Below, one piece after another: positions 20,075 to 34,378 of a DNA stretch of 64,000 bases. Within the stretch, counting starts at the first letter, position 1. Each line of letters begins with the position of its first letter. The position numbers were made by a program, and so were the translations under genes. The DNA is taken from the IMG/VR virus record IMGVR_UViG_3300035497_000313, positions 38,437 through 102,436 of that record. One strand, given 5' to 3'. This DNA comes from a virus. Lineage: Duplodnaviria > Caudoviricetes. The notes beneath the pieces are model-generated. The model saw only the letters and a list, made by a program, of their open reading frames with translations. It was not told the origin of the DNA and made no database searches.

Positions 20075-21738
20075 ATACTTTTTATATAATTTTTATATAA
20101 TTTTTCAATAAAAAATTACTCCCACAATAAGTAGGAGTAATTTAATAATAGGTTTTATTTATAAATAATATCTGTTTGTCCTGTAATTTTCGTAATTGAA
20201 CTTTCTTTATCTTCTTTAACTATAAATCTTATCGGTAAAGACCTAGATAGTTCTGTTCTTATAGATTCTTGCATACGTTCCAACTCAAGATTGTTATAAA
20301 AGCAAGTAATAGTTCTTGTAGCAGATACAGTTTTTACCACTGCTGTTTTTGTAGAATCCATATCCAAAATTAGTTTTTCATCTACCGTATAACCACCTAA
20401 TCTATGAACCAACCAAGTTTTGAATTTATTCAATTACAAGACCTCCCTTGTTATTATTCTATTTCTTCTGTTTTCTTCTTCCTCTCATTAGGTTGTTGAA
20501 CATAAGCTTTGTTTACAAGTTCGTTAAATACTTTTGTATACTGACAAGTACTGCCAAATAAATGTTTAAAGTAAGCGTTCATTATGGCAACTACTTTATC
20601 ATCCTTATCTTCTTCCATTCTTTTTACTTTTACTACTTTACCGTCATCGAATGTAACAATAGTATATAAACCACTAAATACTACTTTTTCTATTCCTAAA
20701 TCTGTTTTATCCATTGTAATAATTCTCATCTTCATTTTATCCAATGCTTTGCTAAATTTTTGTATTGCTTCTTTCTTATTTAAATTTTTATCTTCAATAT
20801 TATCATCTAATATACGAACATCGACTCCATTTTTAATTACTTCATTTGTAGTAGCATCTACAATAGTCATTGTGCCACTATACGTAGCACCAGAACCTGC
20901 TGTTGTTGATTCTTTATGTGTATAATCGATTGAAACTAATGCCGATTTACCAGTGCTTGCTAATCTTATTCCATCTTCTCTATAATCTCCACAAGAACCA
21001 TCGTCCCATCTTACTGAATAGTTATTTGAGTTAGATACATAATTATACTTCCTACTAATAATTGTTCCAGTAATACTACACCACACGGATTCTACTTTAT
21101 CTCCAACATTAAATTTAAACTTTCTTTCACATAACTCTAAAAATTTCTCTTTTATAGTTATATCTTGATTATTGCACATATTAACTGTATATTCTCTTTT
21201 TGCTATGTCATATCCTATTATAGTTCCATCTATTCCTTTATAAATATAAGGACAATCAACTGTTCTTACTTTATCTCCAACATTAAACTTCATTTTTTCT
21301 TATTAATACTCCTCTTTAATTATTCCTTTTTCTATTTTTTCTTCTAATTCATAAAGCCTGTTAGCATATTCTACAAATTTTATATATAAATCTTCTTTAT
21401 CATTTACGTTTAATAATTCTACCTTATCCTTAGGTGTTAATCTCTCATATTTCATAATTTAAGTATAAAATAGTAATTATAAACTGTCAAATGAATTTTT
21501 GACTACTTAGATTCCGTTTCTAAATACTTTAATGTTTCTTCATAACTATCAAATAAATAATTAATGTGTACAACATAAGATGTATGAACACAATCATTAC
21601 TGTTACATTTTACATAATTATCAGGACTAAATTGTTGTAATTTAAATTGAAATTGTTCATCGCTAATAACTACTTCTTGTATTTTGTATACACCTAATCC
21701 TTCATTTAAAATTATATACTTTAGCTTTGAATTTCCAA

Positions 21739-22353
21739 TCATTTAATAAACCCTCGCATCTTCACTGTTGTAAATATATCTTCTACATAGTTATCAAATT
21801 GCTCTGTTGTATAAGCTGGAAGATTCTTCCTTTCCATTACAGGTAAATAGATAACTTCACCTTTAAGTGTTGACGATAAATAGTAAAAGTTGTTGCAAGT
21901 TACTACTAAATAGAGCTTTATCTTACGCCTCTCGGCGTCAGAAAGTACCATATTAAAGAACTCTATGTGCCTTGCGAAGTTATATACATCTGACCCGCTG
22001 TCTAGCCCGTCTATAAAGATACCATATTCTTTCATTCCATCGGGTGGTCTTACATTACTTACCCATTGTGAAAACATATTCTCGTAATGCTCGTGCTCAC
22101 TACACCACGCTTTCTGTAATGCAACACTTAAACTATACATATTATCAATACTGTTTATATCTTGGAAATGAAAGGCTTCATTACAATCTAAATATGAAAA
22201 CTTAATATCTTTACTCTTAAAGAAATCTCTTAATTCTTCTAATAGAGTACTCTTTCCACTCCCATTACAGCCAGCAAGAATTGTCATTCCTTCGACTAAT
22301 TCAAACTTAGTTCTTTCAAAAATATCTAACTCGTTCTTTAATGTAATTTCCAT
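21739..22353 (-). CDS. ABC-type/AAA ATPase
   Basis: Walker A GCNGSGKST; Walker B-like IFIDGLDSG. Confidence 0.7.
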   Translation of the reverse strand: MEITLKNELDIFERTKFELVEGMTILAGCNGSGKSTLLEELRDFFKSKDIKFSYLDCNEAFHFQDINSIDNMYSLSVALQKAWCSEHEHYENMFSQWVSNVRPPDGMKEYGIFIDGLDSGSDVYNFARHIEFFNMVLSDAERRKIKLYLVVTCNNFYYLSSTLKGEVIYLPVMERKNLPAYTTEQFDNYVEDIFTTVKMRGFIK

Positions 22354-25300
22354 TAATTGTTTTCCTCATATTAAACTACATCAATATCAATAAGCTTTAA
22401 CATTTGATATAATACTGATACTGGTTTGCCAGCCTTTACAGTCAACCAAGTCAATTGTACAAATGTGCTAAAATCATATTCATTGTTAACTTGTTTTCCT
22501 AAACTATTTGCTATTTTATACGATTTATCAAGAAATTTAAACTTATCACTATAATCTGAACTACTATTACGATATTCGGTATAGTATTCAAATAACTTAT
22601 CTACAGATTCTTTCTTTACTTTTAAATTCATTACATCTCCTCCTGTAAATATACTAACGCTTCCTCATATGTATCAAAAATATATTTTTTATCTACATAA
22701 AAAACATCATAATCAAATGTATTTTCATGAATAACTGTTACATATTTTTTACTACTATCAAATCCTTCTACTGTTTTTACGCTTATAATTTGTTTTATTG
22801 TTGGACTTGATTCCGATATAATATATTTTTCTTTAATATTACTTTTTATTGCTTTATAATCTTTTTTATCTTCTAAAAACGATTTTATTATTTCAATTGC
22901 TATTTCTAAACCACTATTAAAAATCTCATCATTATATTCAAATATTTCTTTTTTACTATCTTCTATTTTATCAATAATAGTTTCCAATATACATTGTAAT
23001 CTGTTATCTTCCATTTTTATTTATTCCTTATATTACCAAAGATTTCGTTCTTTTAATTCTTTAACTATACAATCAATAAGTTGATAATCATATGCAGTTT
23101 GTGGATAACTTTTATCAAAAGCACAATCATAACAAGCATAATGATAAGCCATAGCACCATAAATTTCTACTTGTGATTTTGCTAATGTCTTTATAGAATT
23201 TCTAATTCTACCTCTTTTATAATTAAGTCCCATAATTTACCTTCCTACAATTCGTCTTTCTCATTACTAAGAAATAGAGGACAATCACTTCTTCTAACAT
23301 TATTTGCACAAGGTATCCAAATTGTATCATCTGATGTGTTTCCTATTGTAGAAAGAGCAAAACAATAAGCATCATTATGTCCACCACCAATAAGTACAAA
23401 AGGACACTCAAAACACCTTTTAGGTATTTCGTCTACTATTACTTTTAATACTTTCATAATTATTACCTCAATGAATTATGCTGAAACAAATCCTTTTTCT
23501 TTTTCTTCTTTCCATATTTCTAATGTTGTAGTAAAACTTTTAATTTTTGTTTCACTATCTTTCTCAACTTCAACGACAACATCAACCCAAATTGTTCCTC
23601 TCACTTTATATTGTTTTTCTTCTATTACTCTCTTTATATAATATTTTTCACCCATTTTTGTTCTCCAGCTTAATTAATTGGTCTATTACATATTTAACAT
23701 CACTATAAATAAGTTCTGTAGTCCAATGTATTACTCCACAACTCGTACCGTCTGCCCATACCTTATAATCACAACTATGTGCATAGTCCCAACCTAAATA
23801 CATCAAATTATCAGTTGAATCCCAATAAGCATCACCATCATAACTAAATCCACCGTGTACGTCTACATCAAAAAGTTTATCGTCAGAACAATCTTCTACA
23901 TCTAATTTACATTCAACGTATGCACAGGGATAACCACCGTGTGATACTATACAAAATTTATGTTCTTTATAAATTCCTTTATATAATATTTCTGTATTGT
24001 CAGAATTTTCATTTGTATATACCATTTCTTTCATTGTTTGTTCATCTGTAGTATTTTCAACAACATCAATAGCAATGTCTAACTTCTCAAAAACCACTTG
24101 TTTTGCATAGTCGTCTAATTCATCAACTTCATCTATGAGCTTATCTTGAATCTGTTTTAATAATTCTAAAAATTGCTGTTTTGTCATACTCTATTCTCCG
24201 AAATATTGAATTCTGTTTCTTCTATTGTTATAAATCCAATAGGAGTTTTCTTATGTGTTCTATAATCCTCTAACCAAACTGTATATGAAACATTAATTTC
24301 AGTTGGTATTATCTCAACATATAACTTATTTGTTTGATAATGATTTTTACATTCTATAATTTTACAAAGGCTATTGAAGCACTCTCTAAGTTTATTAAAT
24401 TCATACGCTTTATTTAATTCACCAAAGCGTTTATCTATTGACTTAAATATTACTTTCATTACTTATTCCTCATATAATATTGTATAAAACAATTCATTTG
24501 TATCACACTTGCCATTATTATGCTGTTTAATTGTTACATTTTGAATAAGTATATTTTGAATCTTAATATTTGGATTCGTTGCTAACCACTTATTTATTTC
24601 TTTATCTATATCTTCTTTTGTAGAAATTGTGTACTTACATCTGGTAGTTCTAAAACTAATACCTCTTTCTTTATCCTCAGCATCTTTAAGAAAATCAATA
24701 TCATATGTATAACCGTCTGTAACATAAAATGTAAATGTTTTAATCTTCATCTTCGTCCTCCTTTAACGTACAGATTCCAGCATCCCTTACAGGACAATTA
24801 TCGTAACTCCATTCTGCATTATTGTTATTAGGGCAATTTTCACAATCAAATGTCCCCGTATTAAATAGTCCACTCATTCTTGCTGGAATTACTATTTTAG
24901 TATTACATTCGTCACAACATCTTCCACCATATTTTACAGGGTAAGGGTTGTTTCCATATCCTTCAAATTCTTTTCCACATATACAACACTTCACGTTATT
25001 ATTTCCCCTTACAAATGTTTATTATATTTATGTTTACTGTTATTACCACTTACTTTAATTTCAGTAACTTCAAACACGCTACCATCTCTATCAATATGTT
25101 GTGTATAACCTTTTCCACCATATTGCTTTATAAGGTCTTTAACTATACTAACAGATAGACCACCTACAAAATTATAAGGTGCGATATGGTCTTCTTCATC
25201 TATATAATATCCACATACATCAGACATTACTTTTTCGTCTGTAAAATCTTCTGGAAATTCGTAATAATTTAATCTCATTTGTAACTCCTTTAATTGCAAC

Positions 25301-25874
25301 GTATATAAATATTATAAGGGTCAAAACCTTCTTCTGCTTTTGTAGTATTTAATATACAAGCGTGTCCGCTATCTATTGTATCTATTACAGATTTTAAATT
25401 GCCACCTTTTAACGGGTCGATTTGTATATATACTCTTGCGTTAGGTTTTTGCCTCTTTAGTACTTCCATTAACTCTTTTACAGTCATAGTGTTTATCATA
25501 ACAGTTGCTCCTTAGTTATTTATCTTAGTTATAGTATAACACTATAATAAATAAAAGTCAACTGTTTTTAGTCAACTTTTAAATATTTTTTATTCTAAAT
25601 GTTCTAACAAACTTAATACTTCTGTATAGGCACGTTCTTGTCCTATATAGTATTTTGTTTCATCATACGCACTTTGTGATTGTGATGCGTAATAGCTACC
25701 GTAATACTGTGGTATGCTTTGCAGTCTACACATAAGTTCTACTTGTTCTTTATTCCTATTTAAACAGTCTAATTTAAGTTCAGAAATTATTTCTTTTAAT
25801 TCTTCCTTAGATATTTTATAATCTTTATCTTTATTAATTTTATTTAATTTTTCTTGTAAGTTTTCTTCCATATA

Positions 25875-26513
25875 CTAATTAAAATCCCTATATTTAATCT
25901 TAACAATAACTCTATTACCTTGTTTGTCTAATATTGTTTGTAACGGACGACCAACAAGTCCTTCCATATAACAGTCTACACCTTCTAATGTGGATTTATT
26001 ATGTTGTTTTACATATTCAACGACTTGTTCTAATGTTCCTTCCATTATTACGGGTACTACTGGAACGTTAAAATAATTTGATATATCTTCTACATCAATT
26101 CTATCTAAATAGAATCCGTTTATTACTACATCGAATATAATAAAATCTAAAACATTTTTCTTATAAATATTGTTCCCTATCTTATTACCACATAATTCAC
26201 CATAGATATAAACTTGTTTATTACCAAACTTTTGCTCAAACAGTTGTGCGTTATCTTCCCCACCAAACATTTCGTAAAGCTTGTCAGTCATAAACTTTTG
26301 CACATCTGCATTTTTAGTTCTACCGTGAAAACTAACTGAATTACCGTCCCAATAAACTATTGTATTTGTTCCGTCTATTTTTTCTGTAAAACTCCATTTA
26401 CAATCTTTTAAATATTCTACTAATGGATTTATAAATTCTGTCGTTAGTTTCTTAGTCTTTTCATCTCTTGTATATAATGTAGGTATTTTTTGATAATATT
26501 TTATTTCATTCAT
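25875..26513 (-). CDS. RNA ligase (Rnl2-like nucleotidyltransferase)
   Basis: EKIDGTN, IYGE, FIIFDV, EGLV, VKIK motifs. Confidence 0.8.
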   Translation of the reverse strand: MNEIKYYQKIPTLYTRDEKTKKLTTEFINPLVEYLKDCKWSFTEKIDGTNTIVYWDGNSVSFHGRTKNADVQKFMTDKLYEMFGGEDNAQLFEQKFGNKQVYIYGELCGNKIGNNIYKKNVLDFIIFDVVINGFYLDRIDVEDISNYFNVPVVPVIMEGTLEQVVEYVKQHNKSTLEGVDCYMEGLVGRPLQTILDKQGNRVIVKIKYRDFN

Positions 26514-29500
26514 TTATTTTCTTTCCTTCCTTATCAAACCTTGTAAAATTTATTGGTATGTGCTTGTCTACTGAAATATCCATAATTGTAGTTAATGCAT
26601 ACCAGAAGCCAATGTTCATACCAGAATCATAATCATAGCAACCTGTACTATCTAGATGTGATGCTTGTTCTTTAGCAATACAGTCATAAATTTCTTGTAG
26701 TTCTTCACTTGTCATTGTTATCTACCCTACCTACAATTTGCATTTCAACAGAATGTGAATCCTTGTTATATGTATATTTTATTTTTAAACCATTTTTAAT
26801 TTTATATCCGTCTGCTCTAAAATCCATAACAGACATAAATTCTTTGTATAATTCTATATCATAACTACTATGGGTTACATCACAATTACGAAGATAATTA
26901 CGATATGATTGATATGTTTCTCTTAATTCCTCGTCTGTAACACCAACTGTTTTATAACGATTTATTAAATCCTTTAATTTTATTTCAATATCTTCCATAT
27001 TTTAATTCTACTCCATTTTCAAAAGCAACATCTACAACTACTAATAATGCTTTAGTAAGTCCGACCTGTACACCCTCATCATAATCAGTGTCTTTAGTCA
27101 TATTTATTCTCGAAGAATTTTTTATTTCTAAAATTTTATCATAAATTAGTTGAAAGTCATTACTTGTCATTATAAATACTCCTGTTTTAAATACCTTTCT
27201 AAAAAATCTATTACTATACTAAAACCAATTCCTTCACCGAGATAATACTGTGCTTCTTTTTCTAACGAATGTTTTGCTAACTCACTATCAAGATTTAAGG
27301 AATAAAACTGTTCAACTATTTCTTTATTTAGTGCAAAACAATCTTTTTTCAAATCATTTAAAAATTGTTTCAGTTCTTGTATAGAAAACTTTGTATTACC
27401 AGTATTATATAAAGCATCGTCAATCTTAATTTTTAATTCACGTTCTTTATCTGCTACGTTCAAAAACATTACTCCTTAATTAAAAATTGTTTAAATAAAT
27501 CCCTTGCACAAGCTGAACAACTATCTCCTGTTACATTTATTACGGAACAAACGTGACCATCTAAATCACGAATAACAAGTGATTCGTAATAAATAAATGT
27601 GTCTCTGTAATCTTTTTCATAAATACAAGAGCCATAACCAAATTGTTGTACAAGAGGTTCTAAAATGTCTTTTGTAAATTTTGCTATACCTTGTTTTGTA
27701 TTTGGATATTTCATTTTAAAGTTCTACTCCTGTTCTTATTCTTAATTCTATTTTTTCTTTCCAAGAAAGTCTATTTCTTAATTCGTCTTTTATTATTTCT
27801 AATTGTTCTATTTCGTCTAAGGCATCGGTATAATTACAATCTAATTGTTCTATACAACAATACTCACAATCTAACTCGTCTCTTATTGAATCTATTTCGT
27901 CAACGATTTCTTTTAAACTTTCTAAGAAATTATCTTTTCTTAATTTCTCTGTTAGCTTATTTGTATTTGGTTGCTTAAACTGCTCAATTAATTTATCTGC
28001 TTTATTTACATAATTTTCTAAACGGTTTATAGCACTACCTAGTACGTCTATATCATATTCATACTTTTCCACTTAATTGCCTCCGTTTAAGTAATGTACT
28101 TTTTGTTCTGCTTCTTCAATAGTATCATATACATATAGTGCATAAAATCCATAAGGTCTTTGATTATAATTAACCCAGCCAACTTCGTATTTTCCTGTAG
28201 ATATATAACCATCATAGTCGCTATCCAATTTTTGTTGTTTTCTAAATATCCACATTATTATTTACCTTAATCCTCTTCTTCAGTATCTTCTTCATCTTCG
28301 TCTAAATCATCAATTTCAACTTCGTCAAAGAAATCGCCCCAACCGTCATCTATTTCTTCATAGGCTAAGTCCTTTGCTTCCTGTTCATCATCTGCTTCGA
28401 CCGATACTGCCCAAGTTCTTGTTATTGTAACTAAATATTCGTGTTTCATTATTTACTCCTTGTATCTAAATATTAATCTTTATCATCATTTATGATTTGG
28501 TCAACTTCTTCGTTATTATTTATATAATCAATAAGGGACTTTTTATCTAAAAACCATTCCTTATTAAAGTCTTTATAATAATGCTTTCTTTCTTCACCAT
28601 CACAAGATTCATCGTTATCGTATATATAATCTTTTCCAACATACAAAATATTTGTGATATGAAAATACGCTTCATCCATAAATACATCGTAGACATAGAT
28701 TTTCAATTTAAAAATACCGTCATTAATTAACATATTTTTTGCGTTATTTAATTTAGTAAATAATTCGTCTGTATTCATTTTTATTTACTCCTTACAATAT
28801 TATTATATGCCAAAACTTTGTCTTTTTGATTTTAATTTTTACCTATTGGTAAATCTTCTACAATTCTGGGGTAATAATATCTTTTAGAATCTCTTTCTTT
28901 TATTCTTACAGCTCCTATTAATTGTGGTAATATTTTTAATGCACCTTGGCTTTTGTCTATCCAATCTTTTACAGGAGTTATTACAGCTAACATATCTTTT
29001 GCTTCCCTTCTTCTTTTTCTACAGTTAGTTAATTTTGTTGCTGTTTTTCCTCTTTCTTTATACTCACCTAACTCCAACTGATGTAGATAGTCTTGTGTTT
29101 CTTTATCACAATCATTTACTACTTTAGAATAATAAGTATAGTCTTTATTTATTGTTCTTATAAAATCATTAAAGTCTTTTATATATTCTGATGTTTGTTT
29201 ACTCATTTTAATTTACCTATTTACCCACCATTTAAGAACACTTTCAGAAAGTTCTTGTCCACATTCTAAGTCATATTTAAATATACTTTCTATACAATGT
29301 GGTTGTAATTCTTTTAATTGTTTTTCTATTTCTTCTCTTGCTAACATTTCACCTTTATAAATATATTGCCCATCAGCTCTTTTATATTCATCTACCATAT
29401 AATGTATTTTAAGTTCACTACAAGGAATTTTCTTTATAGCTGTCATAAAACCATTCTTTAATTCTTCTAAGGAAACTTGCTGTAAGAATACATCCGTAAG

Positions 29501-29564
29501 TTCTAATACAGCATCTTTATATTCTTTTTCTGTTACTGTATCATTATAAAATTTCTTCGATGTT

Positions 29565-30206
29565 CTAATTGTTTTTGTTTTCATCCTTCACCTCTTCAAA
29601 TCTTCTTACTCCAGGTTTTACTTCTTCTGTAAAATCTTCTAATGTTCTTGTATAAATAGTGGCATTTGGACTATCAAATTCTTCTTCAGATATATAATTA
29701 ACATATTGTATTTTGCTTTCTTTATCTCCAGCTTCACTCATAAATAATGTAAAATATCTTTTACCAGTTTTATAATGTTTGTATCTATGAAATTCTTCTG
29801 CTAATGGTTTATGCCTAAATGTTTCTCTTTTAATCCAATATTCGACTTCCTTTAGTAATTTATCTAATGTCTCCGTACTTCCATTCTTTTCATCTTTAAG
29901 TAAATCATTTAATTCACTATTACTTAACTCTATTTTAAGATAGTTGTTTCCAGAATCAGTCTCTTGTTCCTTTTCTATATGTATATCACCAATACGTTCT
30001 AATTGACAATTATAGTGACTTCCATAATCATCTAGGTAAACTGGATAAAAATCATTGTCATTGTTATGTATACCTAAATATAAATCTATTCTCGTTCTAT
30101 CTGTTCTGTTAACAAGATAACTAAAACAATCTGTAACGGTTTTAAACTCAAATCTATCGCTATATTTTCCAAATCTATCGTCTGTTGGTATAAATGTTAC
30201 TTTCAT
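29565..30206 (-). CDS. protein with C-terminal DUF1653-like domain
   Basis: RYKHYKTGKRY...YTRTLEDF...RF. Confidence 0.5.
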   Translation of the reverse strand: MKVTFIPTDDRFGKYSDRFEFKTVTDCFSYLVNRTDRTRIDLYLGIHNNDNDFYPVYLDDYGSHYNCQLERIGDIHIEKEQETDSGNNYLKIELSNSELNDLLKDEKNGSTETLDKLLKEVEYWIKRETFRHKPLAEEFHRYKHYKTGKRYFTLFMSEAGDKESKIQYVNYISEEEFDSPNATIYTRTLEDFTEEVKPGVRRFEEVKDENKNN

Positions 30207-32911
30207 TTCATTACTCCTTACTATCTACAACAGTAGAAATTTATTCAAAAGTTAAAAATCCTATCGCTTTTGTCTCTTTAAATACTTCATCAAAATAACG
30301 GTCAGTGCAAACAACGTATAATACAGTATGAATATATTCATTATAACCGAAACAACGAACGGATAAGGCACGTAAATCGAAAGGTGCATCGTCTTCAGCG
30401 CCTGCTAATTTACGTGTTTCTTCGTCTCTATTTTCTTCTATAATAAAGTTAAAACAATCTGTAAGATTATCGAACTCTTTACTTTTATAAGATTTATCGA
30501 TTATACTTACTGTAACTGGTCTATAAAACATTTTCATCTTCTTAAAATCCTCCTATATTGACTTTCTATTTGTGGAACTGTTAGTTTATTTATATCACCG
30601 TAAACACATTTCAAATCTCCATACTCCTCGAAAGAATAAACTTTTCCTGTATTGTCTATTAATGAATCTTCTGTGGCATAAAACGGACCGTTTGGTTTTA
30701 GCTTACCAGATTCATCTATAACCTCTACAACTTCACCCAGTATAGTTTCTTTAACTTTCATCATAGTTTAGAGTCCTCCTCTCAGCAAATTTCTTAATTA
30801 CACGAAGTTTCTTCCTTCGTTCTTCATTATAGAAAACTGTCATTAAATCCTTATCTCTGCTTCCATTCATAAATCTTATATATCCCAATGTAACCAAATT
30901 ATCATTTTTTGATTTACAGCTTAGTACAAATGGAAATAAAGAACTTGCAGAACTTTTATTAATAAATAAATCTTCTACACGATATAAAACACACGGAACA
31001 TTAAGATAACTAGAACACATAGAATTATGTTCATTCATAATATTAACTGTATATTCTAAACAATCTTCCAATGTTGAAAACATCTCTACCATCGAAAAAA
31101 TACTTTTATCATCTAAGTTCAGTTCCGATACAAAACTATCACCATATAAACGAGATGGAAATAATGCTATCTTCATATTAATTTACTCCTTTACATAGAA
31201 CGCTGTATAAGTTCCTGTTTCTTTATTTAAACAATTGTAGTACTCAAAAGAATTTACAGTCTTATCAAAGTCTTCATCTGTTTTATTGTCAATGTCTACT
31301 CCAGGATGCCAAGCATTTGCTGGATTAAGATTACAAGGTGAAAGCATAATTTCTTTACCTTCACTAAATAATCTTTTTGCTGTTCTTTTTGTTACTCTTA
31401 CATAATTTCCTATTCTTATATTTTTCATAGTGTTATACTATTATAACTCCTGTACATTAATATTATATGCTGTTGTACTATAAATTTGATTTGAAATTTA
31501 TTATTTTTATTGTGAGAACTTATTCAGCACATCACAAAAAGGGTAAATAGTAATAATCTCGTTTTATCTTTCCCTTTTGAAGTTTTTTGTAATAGCATTA
31601 TTTTTTATACTTAAACAAACAGCATAATTCAGTTTGTTGTTATACTATAAATTATTTATTGTAATATACTTAACTATTCACTAACTGTTACACTATAAAA
31701 ACTATTATAGTGTAACAGTCTAATTTACTTATACGACAGCCGTCTTTCTCTTGCCCTTAAACCTACCTGTATTTTGGTCACGACTTGTATGTTTTTGTAT
31801 CTCTGCAACCCAATAACCATTAGTACTAAGAGAAAGAGAAGTTATAGCTGAAGGAGTAGTACTACCAAAGTATGTAGCCTCTTCCCATATACCGTGTGCT
31901 ATCTCAACTAATAACTTAAAATAGTTATGTCCTCTTGATGTCTGTGCCTTATACAGAATTATGAACTGCATAGGTTCGCTTTTTTGTACATTTGTTAATT
32001 CGTTATTCATATGTGCCTCCAAATCTTTATCTTATGGTTATAGTATATCACTATAACATATAAATGTCAAGCGATTTACATATAATTTTTTATGTTAATT
32101 TCTAACAAAAATAAAAAATAAATCGGTTGTTACAATAGATTTACCCTTTATTTTTGTATTTCTACTATAGGGTAAAAACAATATTTTTCTTAAAAGTGTC
32201 GATTATTTCTAACATTTTTTATCCACGTTTACTGATTTATTATATAAAAAATTATAGTGTAACACTATATGTGCTACACTATAATTATAAAAAGGAGGTG
32301 AATATATGCAATATTAGCATATGGAATGAACTAATCACTTTTATGTTTTTTGAAATAATCTACTGCTGCTATTAAAGATAATTTTATTGTTTGTTCATTA
32401 TCTCCTAATTTATCTTTATATATTTCTCGATAATGTTTTTGTAAATCTTTTATAGTATAACAGTCTTTTTCTGTTAAACTCTTTTCGTCTGATAAATAGT
32501 TTAAACTATCTAAATATAATTTATCTATTCCTTTATATTTTTCATTTATATACGTATCTAAATCAGTACATAAATAATTTATTCTATATGTTTTCTTAAC
32601 TACTTTTTTACATCCGTTTACACAAGTTTTTTCATAAGGACTTACTACTGTTTTGCATATCGGACATACCCAACCAAATAACGTATCGCTCATCTTTTTA
32701 CTCCCATTTTTTATTTTTTTAATAGTGTAGTACTATAAAAATTATAGTACTACACTATCAATAATTATAGTATAACACAATAAATATCGGCAGAAAATAT
32801 CGGGGAAATATCTATGCAAAAAAGAAAAAGCTAATTTATATCGTTAGGTTGTTATACTATAATTATGTGTGATTTATTTAACCGTTAAAAGTCTGTTCAG
32901 CTATTTAAAAA

Positions 32912-33565
32912 TTAACTGTTTGGTATTAAGTTGTTGACGGTTTCTTCAAGAGAAGTTGCACATAATTCCAAAGCTGTTTTAACTGTGGAATCGGTCGATG
33001 TTGTGTAATCACGACTTTGCAAACGACCTTCCAACTTTAAAGTTGAACCGTTTTTCAAAGTATCTAAAGTTGCTATTGATTTATACCAACAGATACAAGG
33101 AATGTAATATTCTGTCATTAAAGTGTCATAAACACTCATATAAAAATCTTTTATTTTTCTTCCCTTAGGAGTTATTCTTTCTTCTGATTTTTTTCTTAAT
33201 ATTCCTTCTACTGCTATATAATTTCTATCTGTATCTAAATCTATTCCTTCTTTTTTATTATATTCTGTACATACTGTTAATGCATATACATATATACTTA
33301 AATGTGATTTTCCTTCTTTATCTATTATTCTTTCTGATTCTAATATTCCTGATATACTTACTCTATTTTCTTTCCAATTTTTTATATTTTCTTTATCTAA
33401 TATTTCTTGTATTCTGTTATATGTTTTTGATGATATTCTTACTGGTATTTTATCATATGTTTCACTTAATCTTTTAGTATTTACTATAAATGTATATGCG
33501 TTTTTATTATCTAATTTTTCTGGTTCTGTGGCTATTTTTCCTACTAATCTGTACTTATTTTCCAT
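32912..33565 (-). CDS. tandem OB-fold single-stranded DNA-binding protein
   Basis: KRLSETYDKIP, YYIPCICW, EGRLQSRDY. Confidence 0.7.
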   Translation of the reverse strand: MENKYRLVGKIATEPEKLDNKNAYTFIVNTKRLSETYDKIPVRISSKTYNRIQEILDKENIKNWKENRVSISGILESERIIDKEGKSHLSIYVYALTVCTEYNKKEGIDLDTDRNYIAVEGILRKKSEERITPKGRKIKDFYMSVYDTLMTEYYIPCICWYKSIATLDTLKNGSTLKLEGRLQSRDYTTSTDSTVKTALELCATSLEETVNNLIPNS

Positions 33566-34304
33566 TTTTTCCTTAGTTTTTCCTTATTTTTCTATATTTC
33601 TTCTATTATCCATCCATTGTAATAATGCATGTTTAAATCATTACATTTACTACTTGCTTTTTCTTTTATTCCTATCCATATTTTATTATTTTTTGTTACC
33701 TTATTTATGTTTATCTTAATACATTTTTCATTAGATAATTCACAAATAATTTCATCTGTTTTTATGTTTTTTATTACATATTTTTTCTCTGGTGCTATTA
33801 CATTCTTTACTTTCATCTCTTTTTTCTGTTATAGTAAATACTATATATGTCGTTTTTATAGTATTTACTATTTAACTTTTTGTAGTATATACTATAACAA
33901 TTTAATACGAAATAAACTAAAAATTTTTCAACATTTTCTTTTCTAAAATTTAATTTGTATTCACTTGCTACATCTATATTATATGCGATTTGACATTAAT
34001 TATGTTCTATCTTTTCACAATTTTTTAAATATAATTCTACATAAAATAATTTATCGACATAAAAATCTTTTAACTGAATGTGAAGAGCATCTGCCATTTC
34101 TTTATCTTTCTTTAATACGGGACAGATTTTAAACTTAGGACAACTAGACACTAAATAAGACGGAGTACCATTACATACTGTAAACTCTGCTTGCCAACCT
34201 TTTACTGGTATAAATGTTCCGTTAGACCACGAACATTTACCACAGGCATTTGCACAATTCCAACAAATAGATTCTCTCTTAGCCATACTCTTTTCCACCT
34301 TATG

Positions 34305-34378
34305 TTATACTATAAACGTTATACTATAAAATAGTTATTGTATTATACTATAAATTATTTATCATATTATACTATAAA
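34305..34378 (+). repeat. four direct copies of TTATACTATAAA
   Basis: Copies at 34305, 34319, 34343, 34367. Confidence 0.85.

Noticed and set aside
32290-32320. Strong + strand SD (AAGGAGGTG) before ATG CAA TAT TAG
   Set aside because: Only a 3-codon ORF; a minigene cannot be distinguished from chance without ribosome profiling
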